From Patescibacteria group bacterium (lineage in GTDB: Bacteria; Patescibacteriota; Patescibacteriia; Veblenbacterales; UBA10138): DNA of 56,213 nt. Shown here one piece after another: positions 26,276-37,500 of this stretch; positions within the stretch are counted from its first letter, which is position 1; every line of letters begins with the position of its first letter. The position numbers were made by a program, and so were the translations under genes. The stretch is from positions 1-56,213 of the forward strand of contig JBDRTU010000048.1 of assembly GCA_043823825.1 (NCBI GenBank), given 5' to 3'. Below the pieces are notes generated by a model. That model was not told the origin of the DNA. It saw only the letters and a list, made by a program, of their open reading frames with translations, and did no database searches.

Positions 26276-26285
26276 ATTGAAGTTT

Positions 26286-27620
26286 ATGATCATAGCCAAA
26301 GACGATGATAAAATGAATAAACCAGCCCGGAAGGTAACACCACCCCAGTTAGTAAGAGGTATGCATGATATTCTACCGGTCGATTGGCCCTGGTGGAATT
26401 TTGTTATTAATCAAGTGGAGAAAATAGCTTCCAGTTACAGTTTTGAACGTATTGAAACACCGGTTTTAGAAAAAACTCAATTATTTACCAAAGCAATTGG
26501 TTCAGCCACCGATATTGTGGAAAAAGAAATGTTTTCCTTTGTTGATCAGTCAGAAGAACATTTAAGCTTACGTCCCGAGTACACAGCTGGTATTGCTCGA
26601 GCCTATATTGAACATGGTATGCTTTCATGGCCGCAACCAGTAAAGTTGTTTGCCATTGGTCCGCATTGGCGACACGAACGCCCTCAAGCTGGTCGCTATC
26701 GACAATTTTGGCAGTATAACTTCGAAGTGCTTGGAGAAAGCGACGCCGTGGCTGATAGTCAGATAATTTTAGCCGTGGCTGCTTTATTTGAAAATTTGTC
26801 TCTGCCAGTCACTTTTCAAATTAATAGTATTGGTTGCCTTGAGTGTCGTCCGCGTTATAGGCAAACGCTAGTTGATTATTATCGCACCAAACGCTCCGAA
26901 TTATCTGAGGAATCTAAAAAGAGGTTGCAACGGAATCCTTTAAGATTATTAGATTCTAAAGAAGAGTCCTTAATTGAAATAAATAAAAATGCGCCGCAGA
27001 GTGTTGATTTTTTATGCGAAGAGTGCCGCAATCATTTTATGAAAGTGGTGGAACACTTAGATGAAGTAGAATTTACCTATCAGTTGTCTCCTTATTTAGT
27101 AAGAGGTTTAGATTACTATACTAAGACAGTGTTTGAAGTTTGGGGCGAAGAGGGTGCCGGTTCTTCTTTTGGCGGTGGAGGTCGCTATGATAATTTATTA
27201 GAACAAATGAGTGGGCGGCCTACTCCGGCTGTTGGTTTCGCGGGCGGCATTGAACGGGCAATTGTTGAATTAAAAAAACGGCAGGTGGCTATTCCCAGCA
27301 AACGCTCGCCAGACATTTTTATTGCCAGTTTGGGCGATGGCGCAAAAAAGAAAGCTTTAAAATTGTTTGAAGATTTGCGTCGTCAGGGTTTAACAGTAGC
27401 TGAAAGTTTCACCAAAAGCGGGTTAAAAGCGCAATTAGAAACTGCCAATAAATTAGGAGCTAGTTTTGCTCTAGTTTTGGGACAAAAAGAATTAATGGAT
27501 GAAACGATTATCATCCGCGATATGGAAAACGGTATTCAAGAAACGGTTGATTTACAAAAAGTGGTGGGCGAGATTATTAAACGCCTAGAACACAAGGCCA
27601 GCTTAAAAGTATCTTCTTAA
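26286..27620 (+). CDS. hisS: histidine--tRNA ligase
   Basis: Class II HisRS motifs RGMHDILP, LRPEYTAGIAR and GGGRYDNL. I chose the ATG at 26286 (the alternative is 26313). The track start at 26202 would overlap lepB with a hydrophobic artefact. Confidence 0.9.
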   Translation: MIIAKDDDKMNKPARKVTPPQLVRGMHDILPVDWPWWNFVINQVEKIASSYSFERIETPVLEKTQLFTKAIGSATDIVEKEMFSFVDQSEEHLSLRPEYTAGIARAYIEHGMLSWPQPVKLFAIGPHWRHERPQAGRYRQFWQYNFEVLGESDAVADSQIILAVAALFENLSLPVTFQINSIGCLECRPRYRQTLVDYYRTKRSELSEESKKRLQRNPLRLLDSKEESLIEINKNAPQSVDFLCEECRNHFMKVVEHLDEVEFTYQLSPYLVRGLDYYTKTVFEVWGEEGAGSSFGGGGRYDNLLEQMSGRPTPAVGFAGGIERAIVELKKRQVAIPSKRSPDIFIASLGDGAKKKALKLFEDLRRQGLTVAESFTKSGLKAQLETANKLGASFALVLGQKELMDETIIIRDMENGIQETVDLQKVVGEIIKRLEHKASLKVSS

Positions 27621-27686
27621 ATAAAGTTGAAGTAGCGTTATTAGCTTAACTCTTGGCCGCTTTAATTAGTTGGTAATTTTTTTGGC

Positions 27687-27715
27687 TTGACTAATGTTAA
27701 AAAAAAAGTTATAAT
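27687..27715 (+). promoter_or_regulatory. consensus sigma70 promoter TTGACT-17-TATAAT
   Basis: Read directly from the sequence, 67 nt upstream of the rpsU GTG. The spacer contains a 9-A run. Confidence 0.7.
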
Positions 27716-27781
27716 ATAGATACTTACTTTTTCTAGTAAGAGGTTATATACTAATTATATAGAGTAGGAGGTGACGAAACA

Positions 27782-28066
27782 GTGATAGAAGTAAAAAAGA
27801 AAGATCATGAGTCAGTAGAAAGTCTGATCCGACGTTTTAATAAACGAGTGCAGCAATCAGGGGTTTTGTTGCGGGCGAAAAAAAGACGTTTTTTTGAACC
27901 GCCTCGTTCTAAAGAGGAACGTCGTCAAGCAGCTTTACGAGGCAAGTTAATTCAGGAGCGTAAAGAATATTTAAGGAAAACCGGTCAACTCACCGAGGAA
28001 GAGTTAAAAAGTAGAAGTAGAAATACGCGAGTGCGTAACTTGTTAAAACGAGGTCTACCTAAGTAA
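27782..28066 (+). CDS. rpsU: 30S ribosomal protein S21 with basic C-terminal extension
   Basis: 94 aa. S21 core IEVKKKDHESVESLIRRFNKRVQQSG. GTG start 7 nt after AGGAGGTGA. Confidence 0.85.
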   Translation: MIEVKKKDHESVESLIRRFNKRVQQSGVLLRAKKRRFFEPPRSKEERRQAALRGKLIQERKEYLRKTGQLTEEELKSRSRNTRVRNLLKRGLPK

Positions 28067-28069
28067 TTT

Positions 28070-28528
28070 ATGCTAGAGCTTCAAGCTCGTATAGAAACTG
28101 AATTAAAGCAGGCAACCCGAGAACGAGATCAAGTTCGGGTTGTTGCTTTGCGTTCTGTAAAAAATGCTTTACATAATCAGGCGATTGTTTATAAAACTCG
28201 CGGTGAAAAGATGCCAGAGAATGAGTTAATAAAAATTTTACGCAGTGAAGTAAAAAAGCGCCGTGAAGCCAAGGAATTATACGAGCAAGGGAAGCGCTCG
28301 GAACTCGCCGCCCGTGAGGAAGCAGAGCTTAAAATTTTGGAGCAGTATTTACCAGTAGCTCCAGCGGCTGATCAAGTGCGCCAAGTGGCTCAGAGTTTAA
28401 AACAGGAATTAGCCATCACTGATAAAAAAGAGCTTGGTCGCTTAACTAAAGCATTACTCGATCATTTTAGCGGTAGTGTAGATGGCAAAACAGCCAGCGC
28501 TATTGCTCGGGAAGTATTAACTTCTTAA
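28070..28528 (+). CDS. GatB/YqeY domain protein
   Basis: 152 aa. ELKQATRERDQVRVVALRSVKNAL and LKILEQYLP are typical of YqeY. rpsU-yqeY synteny. Confidence 0.8.
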   Translation: MLELQARIETELKQATRERDQVRVVALRSVKNALHNQAIVYKTRGEKMPENELIKILRSEVKKRREAKELYEQGKRSELAAREEAELKILEQYLPVAPAADQVRQVAQSLKQELAITDKKELGRLTKALLDHFSGSVDGKTASAIAREVLTS

Positions 28529-28540
28529 TGAAGTTAACTA

Positions 28541-31500
28541 ATGTCTCAAAATAAATTATCATCGAAATTTTTAAAACTGACTTCGGGCAGTATAATTATT
28601 GTGGCCTTAGTAGTTGTCTGCTGGCCTGTAGTGGCATCAGCGCAAACCGCTGGCGGTTTAACTAACTTTGCTGGTGAGACTAGTTTAGGTACGCAAGTGG
28701 AGTTAATCAGCACAGTGGCCCGGATTATAAATATTGTTTTAGGTATTTTGGGAGTAATAGCCATTGGCATAATTTTATATGGGGGTTTCTTATGGTTAAG
28801 TTCTCGCGGTAATCAAGAGCAAATTGCCAAAGCAAAAAAAGTTTTAGCCAACGGCTTAATTGGCTTGGTGATTATTCTTACTTCGTTCGCCATTGCTAGT
28901 TTTGTTTTTGGAAAGTTGTATGAAGCAACTGGCGGTCCCAATGCTTGTGCGGTTCCGCCCTGCAACCCGCCGCCACCAAATTTCGGCAGTGATTATTTAA
29001 AAACCAAATGGGTGCAACCAACCAGGGAAAATGTTAAGTTATGTTTTGCGCCACAGGCTGGCTTTAATTATGAGGTTAAAAGTTCTTCACCTGTTAATCA
29101 AGATACTTTCCGCGTTGAAGACGAGGCTGGAAATTTGTTTTATGACGCCGCGTTTGATAGTTATTATCCAGGCGCGGCTGATCCCAATGACGATGTGATC
29201 AGTTTTACCCATCAAGATCATGAGTTTGCCGAAAATACTATTTATACTGTGACACTGCAAAGTTTGACTGGGTATGATCCGCTACGGGCCAAGGATATTT
29301 TTTCCAAAGTGCCATTAATAAAACGATGGAGTTTTAAAACCGGCACTGAATCTGATAATACTGCGCCCGAGGTAGTGCTGCCTACTCAACCTAAAACAAA
29401 CGAAACTGATGTTTGCCGCAAAACGCCTATTCAGGTGGAATTTAACGAGCCAATGCTTACCACCAGCTTTAAGGTTAACGATCCAGCCGCCACGGTAAAA
29501 TTGGAAAAAATAAATGGCTGGAATGGGGCTGTGTTGTCAAACATCACTTTAACTGATCCAAGTTTTGGTCATGATCTGCAAATAGTAACTGTGGCGGCCA
29601 CTACTACTTTAGAGGAAAATGCTTTTTATAAAGTAACCTTGATCGGCGGCATTAATGGCATTAAAGATGCTTGCTCAATTCCATTAGAAAATGACTATGT
29701 TTGGGAGTTTCAAACTGGTACCACAATAAATTGCGAACCAACTATTACCGATGTTGCTCCTATGAAAGGTGATTATAGCGACCATATAAGTGTTAAAGGC
29801 ACTAACTTCTTTAAAGATGGCGAAGTATATTTTAATGATTTTGCTTCGGGCAACAGCAGTTTTGACGGCGAGTCTAATATTCTTTGCTGGAACAGCACCA
29901 GCCGCGACAATGTTACCGCATGTGCCAATAACGAAATCATAGTGCGCGTGCCAGTAGGAGCTACTACTGGACCGGCTTATGACCAAGATGGTTATACTGT
30001 AAGTACAGGTCCAATACAAGTAAAAGTGGATCGTTTTTGGTCTAATAAGTGGACTGGCTTTATTATTGGCAGTCCTTTTATTGGTGAGCTTTCGCCTGGG
30101 CGGGGTGGTGTAGGGCAATACCTAACCATTAGTGGCTGGAATTTTGGCAATGCCGAGGGCGTGGTTTATTTTATTGACTCCAATGGCAATCAAGTTGTGG
30201 CTGAACAGCCGCTTGGTTGTGATGACTGGTGGCAAGAAACAGAGATTGTGGTAAAAGTGCCAGCTGTTTTAGCCGGCCAATTTTACGAAGTGCAGGTGGT
30301 AACTGCCTTAGGCGGCACCAATGCCGGGAATAAGCCAAGCAATACGGAATATTTTAACGTAACAGCTGATCCGCCCGGACCGGGTATTTGCGAACTTAAT
30401 CCTGTTAGTGAAGATATTTTAAATTTGCCAGTGGATATTACAGTTAAGGGCGAACGATTTGGGGCGGCGCCTGGCAAACTTACTTTTGAAACAATTGAGG
30501 CGACTAAGTTTAATCTCCCTGATTATAAATGGACAGCTGGCGAAATTATGAGCCAAACTCCTTTAGTAACTGGTGTTAACGCTTTAGGCAAGGGTGATTG
30601 GCGCGTGCGAGTTACAAGCGGCGGCAAGACTTCTAATTTTAAAAAATTCAGAGTCACTGATATTACAGGCGTTACTGACAATCGGCCGCCCGAAGTAGTG
30701 GATTACCAGTTATGTTCTGCTAATACTCAAAGCCCAAGCCCTTATTACAATACTGAAAATGCTTGTACTAACGCTTTAGTGTCCGCGCGTTTTACTGAAG
30801 TAATGGATGAAACCACTATTGATCTTAATGCCATAGAATTACAAAAGTGCAATAACACGGTTAATTTTGATCCTTTGGCTTGCGCTATTGTTGTTTTGAA
30901 TAATTTAGAATATTTAAGAAATAGCATAAATCAGGTGATTGGTTTTACTGTTAAGCCTGTTCCCGCATTGGAATCTAATTATTGGTACGAAGCAACAATT
31001 AAAAACACTGTTACCAGTTTGGTTGGTCTTTCTATGGTAGCTGATTACACTTGGCACTGGCGAGTTGGGCCAGGTGTTTGTCCAGTAAATAAAGTAATAT
31101 TATCACCCTCTAGTGCTAATTTAGCAGCGGTTGGGGATACGCAAGATTTTAATGCTAACGCTATAGCTACTAATTGTAATATTCTTGAACCCGCCAGTTT
31201 AACTTGGGCTTGGGATTATGGCAATGATCCAGTATCTGATCCGCCGCCACCGGATAGAATTGAGATCAACCAGGCGGTGGCACCTAATCCCAACGCTAAT
31301 AAGTTGTCAATTACAGCTTTAGCTGAAACAGTTAATGGACCGGCTTTTGTTAATGCTGAAACTGAAAACAAAAAAAGCGATGATGCTGATGTTTATGTGG
31401 GCGGCGGTCTGGGCGGAGGGGGGTGCGCCGCGGCAGGGCCGCCAGTAATTACTGATATGAAACCTGTAAATGGCAGGGCAGAAAGCAAAGTAACTACAGT

Positions 31501-34500
31501 TGTTACTATCACGGGCAGGAATTTTGATTGTTCTGGCAGTGTGTATTTTGGCAGTGTTAAAGCCGTTCAAGCCATGTGTGGCAGTTGGGGTCCTAATACA
31601 ATTGTGGTAGCTGCGCCGGTTTTAGCAGCTGGTCAGCATAATGTTAGTGTAGAAACCAGACTAGGCTTATCCACTACTGCTACAGATGCTGACGCGATTC
31701 AGCCAATATTTACTGCTAATAATATTATTCGTCCTGGTATTTGTTCTTTGATGCCAAACCGCGGTCCTGAAGGAACTCGGGTTTCAATTAAAGGATATAA
31801 TTTTACTGATACGCCTCCTCCTACTCCAGTAAACTTTAATACAAGCGCAGTATTTTTTCCTAAATTAGGTACTTTATCACACGTGATACATGATTATACT
31901 AAGTGGTCAAATAAAGAAATAGTATTTAATGTGCCTCCTCCCAGAAGCGGTAAGGCTTGGGTACAAGTTGATTATGGCGCAGCAGGCGGAGGGCTTCGAA
32001 AATCTAATGAAGTGGATTATTACGGTAATCCATATATTACAGATATTATTCCTAGCACTGGTCCAGCCGGCACTTGGGTGACTATCAGGGGTGGAAATTT
32101 TGGAGATTGCTTGAATTTAGGGGTGGCGGTTGGCCAATTGTGTACTGTGGCTTTTACCGATAGCAGTGGCGCGGAAACTTTGTCTGACCCGTTGCCTAGC
32201 GCATGTTTGGCTGAAGATATTTGGACAGATAGAGAAATAATAGTTAAAGTGCCAGATTTTGGCGGTACGCAATTTGATAGTACCGTAACTGTTTATAACG
32301 ATGATCCACCAGCTCTTTCAGTGACTGCTGATAAAAAATTTGATTATAATCCTAATCTACCTTTGGCGCCGGGTTTATGTTCGCTTGCGCCAGATACAGT
32401 AAAGCCGGCTGGTCTACTACCAGAGCCAGCACTACCAGAACCAATTACTTTGAAAGGTGATGGGTTTAGTGCTATTAATAGGCAAATTAATTTTTCTAAT
32501 AAAACTAATTTAATTCCTGTAAACTGGATTGACGATGCTCAAGCTTCTGTTACCGCACCAAATGACACAGAATCTGGTGATGTGACAGTTCAAAAGATAG
32601 TTACTATAAAAGTAGAAAAGTGCAATGGTGTGATGATAGGGGGTATCTGTATTGGTTTTTGGAGTGAGGAAAATAATGATGTAACAGTAATTAGTAATCC
32701 CAAATATTTTACCGTAGGTACAACTACTACCACACCAGGTGATTTGAGAGTAACTGATTTTGTGCCGCTTGATGGGGATACTAACATTTGCCGCAATACG
32801 GCTTTGTCAGCAGTTTTTAATAAGTTAGTTGATAAGAATTCTATTTCATCAACTAATGTTCGTTTAATAGGATCTTTTAATAATTTAGTTTCTAATTCCA
32901 GTTTTGAGAACGTGCTGGGTATTGAGTGGGATACGCCGGTCTGCGCCTCTCGCTCTAATATTAGAGCAAACAGCGGCAGTTGGAGTTTGAATCCTTGTAT
33001 GATTCCTACTACCCAGATTGTTAATGGTTTAACAGTTGGGAAGAAATATCAGGCAAGTGTTTATTGGTGGGCGCAAGGGAATGTTGATTTTTCTGTAGTT
33101 GATCAAAACGGGGAAATAGCCAAAGTGAATGATAACGGCGCAGTTAACGAATGGAGGCGGTTAGAGCTTTCTTTTGTTGCTGCTAGCGAAACAGTTACTT
33201 TAGAATTAATAGAATATGCTGGAAATGCTTTTTTTGACGATGTTGAATTAATACTTTATCCAGAAGTAGTTGGCTCAATAAAACTCGTAAATGATAATAC
33301 GGGAATAAGTAAGTTAAATTTTGTACCAAACGAGCCACTAGAAGGCAATACGCTTTATCGCTTTCGTTTAGGAAATGATTTAAAAGGAAAAGATAGTTCC
33401 TTAATTAATTGTACTATGGCGCCTGGTTGTGAAGTTTCTTTCACTACTGGTTCTTATATTTGTCAGCTGGCGCAAGTTACTATAACACCGCCGCAACGTC
33501 TTTTTAGAAAAGTGTCGGAAAGTCAAGATTTTGAAGCCAAGGCCCTGGCGCCTGATGGGAAAGAGTTAGCGGCCAACTTCACTTGGCAAGAAAAAGATAC
33601 AGCTAATGTGATCACAGTTACTTCACCATTGGATACTAGCATTGTTAGTGTTGAACCCACTGTGACGCTGGCAGAGCCAAATGGAAAAAATGGGCAGGCG
33701 ACCATGACTGTAACAGCTAATGCGGGCGTGGCTGGCACCAAGAGCGCCTCGGCCGAGGTAGAAGTGTTTATTTGCGAAGATCCTTTTATTTATCAAGATA
33801 GCGATTATAATTTTGAATTTAAGTATTGCGTGGCTAAAGTATTAGGCGGACTAACTTTACCTAGGTTATCTGCACCGGTGGTGCGAGATTTGGTAATTAA
33901 TCCCGAATCAAACGATCCTGATTTATTAAAAGAGATATTATTTAATGTGGAGGATGCCGAAGACATTATTGGCTTGCGGATTTATACTAACCTTAATCGT
34001 TTAACTCCCGCGGACTGGCTCAAGAATAAGCCACAAGGCAGCTCAGCCACGATTAGTAGTTTTACAATTGATGGTTACGAAGCGGGTCAAGGCGGGCAAA
34101 CTGTTTATATAACAGCGCCAAATGTTACGGCCGGAGGCAATATTTGGCTTAATGAATATTTACTGTCTTATAATACCAACGCCCGCGCAGATAGCCAGAC
34201 TATTTATAATGAGTTAAAAAACAGTTGGCAGTTTAATACTAATCTGGCAAGTGTTACTAGCAAACAGCAAATGCGTGCTGATTTACAGCGTTTGACCGAC
34301 CTAAATACAATGCGCGAGATTTTTGATCGCTATGCAGTGTTACATAATTACACTGTGCCGCAGTTGCCAGCTGGCAGTTACGTGCCTGGTTTTTCTACCA
34401 GCAAATGGAATTCCTGGCAGCAGACTTTAAGCAGTACTTTGGGTAGAAATCTGCCCAAAGATCCAATTAATAAGTTGGTTAATTGCGAAGGCAATGTGGG

Positions 34501-37500
34501 CGCAACTTGTGCTGATAACGCCGATTGCGATTCCGGTAATTGTAAAGCTGATTCTACTTGCAGCAGCACTGGCTATGATGCTCAAACTTGCTGGAATGAG
34601 CAAACTAAAGATTTTCTCTGCCCTGCTGGTTCTTATATTTATCGTTATCGGGTTATGGATCAGCAAACCGCTCGGCTTTATTTCACAGCAGAGTTTGATA
34701 ATGGCGGATTGGGTGTTACCTGGAAAGGCAGTCCGGAAATAACTGTTCCCACTTTACCCATTGACGCAAACGACCAGTGTCAGGCGATTCAACCCCAAGT
34801 TTGGCAAGAAGTAAAATACAAAGATCCGCCTTTAACCATCAATCGCACTGGTTCAGGCTTAGTAGCATCTCAAGACTTAAAGATAAATTGCGGCGGTGCT
34901 TGTAATGCGATTTATAATGAGGGCGAAGAAGTTAAACTTACTGCCACGCCAGCTGCTGGTTTTCATTTTAATTCTTGGAGCGGCGATTGTATTCTTCCCG
35001 TCGTTGGCACTAATTGTACCGTGCAAATGGCAGGCGATCAGGAGGTCGGAGCCTTGTTCAGTGCCAGTACATATACTCTAAGTATAACTAAAGATGGCGA
35101 GGGTACAGTTTTAAGCGATCCAGCAGGTATTGATTGCAGTGATAATTGCACTTCGACGTCAGCCAGTTATACGGGCGGTCCCTGGGTTACTTTAACAGCA
35201 ACACCCGAACTAGGGTATGTTTTTGCCGGCTGGGGCGGCAGTTGCATGGGCACAGGAGATTGCGCGGTTATTATGGGCAGTAATAAAACCGTGGGCGCAA
35301 AGTTTTTACCAGTTGAAACTTTATCAGTTACCAAAGTAGGTACTGGCAGTGTAATGAGCTTGCCAGCTGGCATTAACTGCGGCGCAGATTGCGATTATGA
35401 TTATGTGGAAGATACCAGCGTTACATTAACAGCAGTGGCAGGAGTCGGATTCCAGTTTACTGGCTGGGAGGTTAATGGTTCTGATACTGTTTGTTCTGAT
35501 ATTGGTTCTTGCATTGTTATAATGGATGACGCCAAGGCCGTTAAAGCGACTTTTGAGGTAGTAATTGTAAATTATAAATTAACTGTGGTTCGATCCGGCA
35601 CCGGCACTGGCTTGGTAACTGGTGGTGCGCCGGCCGGCATTGATTGCGGCGCTGACTGCAATGAAATTTATCAAGAAGGAACTAATATTTCACTGATTGC
35701 TTCAGCCGGCATTGGTTCGGAATTTACTGGTTGGTTGGTTAATGGTCAAGATGCGGTTTGCCCAGGATTGGGTGATTGTAGCCTGACTATGGATGGCGTA
35801 AAAACTGTCACGGCCAGTTTTAAACCAAAAGAGTTTGAATTAGAGGTGAGCATAATTGGCACCAGCGGCCGTGTTACTTCTGACCCAATAGGCATTGATT
35901 GCGATAATAACGTTGGTGACTGTACTAAAAACTTTATTTACGGACAAACTATTACTTTGACGCCAATAGCAGTTAATCCTAATGTTTTTGTGGGCTGGGG
36001 TGGCGATGTTAACTGCGGCGGGGTAGGCATCTGCACTATTACCATGACTAAAGATCTTGTAGTAACTGCGAAGTTTGATCAGGTTTATAAACTTGCGTTA
36101 GAAAAAGCAGGTGATGGTAGCGGCAAAGTAACCAGTAACCCTTTGGGGCGCTCAGGCGGCATTGATTGCGGCGATACTTGTGAAGACGAATTTATTGTTG
36201 ATGATTCTTTAACTTTAGTGGCCAGCGCTTATGCTGGCTCGGAATTTGCCGGCTGGAAAGTTAAGGTTAATAATATCGTTGTTGCGGCTTGCGGCCTTCC
36301 ATTGTTGGGTGATTGCGATCTTCAGCCTAATAATACTAACCCAGTCACAGTTGAAGCCACTTTTAATCACGTGAATGTTTCTTACCAATTAAAGGTAATT
36401 CCTGCTGGCAGTGGCAAAGGCGTAGTAACCAGCGATCCTTCTGGCATTGATTGCGGAAACGGCCAGCTTAGCTGTATTGCTTTTTATAAGGAGGATACTG
36501 TTATCACTTTGACGGCTGCGCCTGCAGGTGGCTCGGTTTTTACTAGCTGGAGCGGCGATACCACTTGCGGCGCTAATAATCCCTGCCAGCTAACAATGAA
36601 TGGTAAAAAAGAAGTAACCGCTACTTTTACTGCCAGTAATTTTAGTTTAACTGTAGTAAATGCTGGCGGAGGATTGGTTACTAGCGACGTACCCGGCATT
36701 AGTTGCCAGCCTACCTGCAATGCCAGTTATGCGAGCGGCAGCATGGTTACTTTAACAGCGCAACAAAACCTAGGTTACACTTTTGATGGTTGGCAGGGAT
36801 CTGGCTGCTTTGGCATAGGTTTGTGTCAGATTAATATTATTAATAACAATAAAACAGTAGCAGCTTTATTTAGTCAAAATACTTATACTCTTAATGTAGA
36901 AAAACTGGGTCTGGGCAGTGGTACTATTAAAAGCGACGACACTCGCGTTGATATGAATTGTAATCCTAATTGCGGCATAGTCAGCCTTGTTTATGTCGGC
37001 AACAGCAATGTTATCTTAACCGCTACTGCTTTGCCAGGCTCTAATTTTACTGGATGGCAGAATTGCACTTCTAACCCTGCTCCTAACAGCTGTCAAGTGA
37101 CGATGAGTAGTAACAAAACAGTAAAAGCGACTTTTGATATAGCTGCGCCAGTCACTCATACTTTAACAGTGAATCCGCCTCCTGTTAATGGCACTATTAC
37201 TGGGGCGGGCATTAACTGCCCGGGCGATTGCACTGAAACTACAGCTGCCCCTTCCATTGCTCTAACTGCCAACCCGGCGGCTGGTTATAAATTAAAACAG
37301 TGGTTGGGTGACGCAGCTGCCTGTGGTGCAAATCCTAACTGCACAGTTCAGCTTACCATAGACAAAACCGTGAGCGCTGAATTTGAGGTTGCAGTCGTGA
37401 CCCATACCTATAGCATGGTGGCTGGTTGGAATTTTATTTCTTTGCCTTTTGAAGTAGCAGATGGAACTTGGAATGTCTTGTTTCCGACTGCGATTGATAA

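Noticed and set aside
26202-26285. Upstream extensions offered by the ORF track: hisS from 26202, and similarly pduO from 48310, topA from 17000, dprA from 18257 and the CxxC protein from 10891
   Set aside because: The extensions overlap neighbouring genes, start at TTG, or add sequence not present in the respective families. Internal ATG codons reproduce the canonical N-termini (MNKPARK../MIIAK.., MKIYTKTGD.., MSKKLVIVESP.., MFLDHD.., MTYQNED.. with a GGGGGTG RBS).
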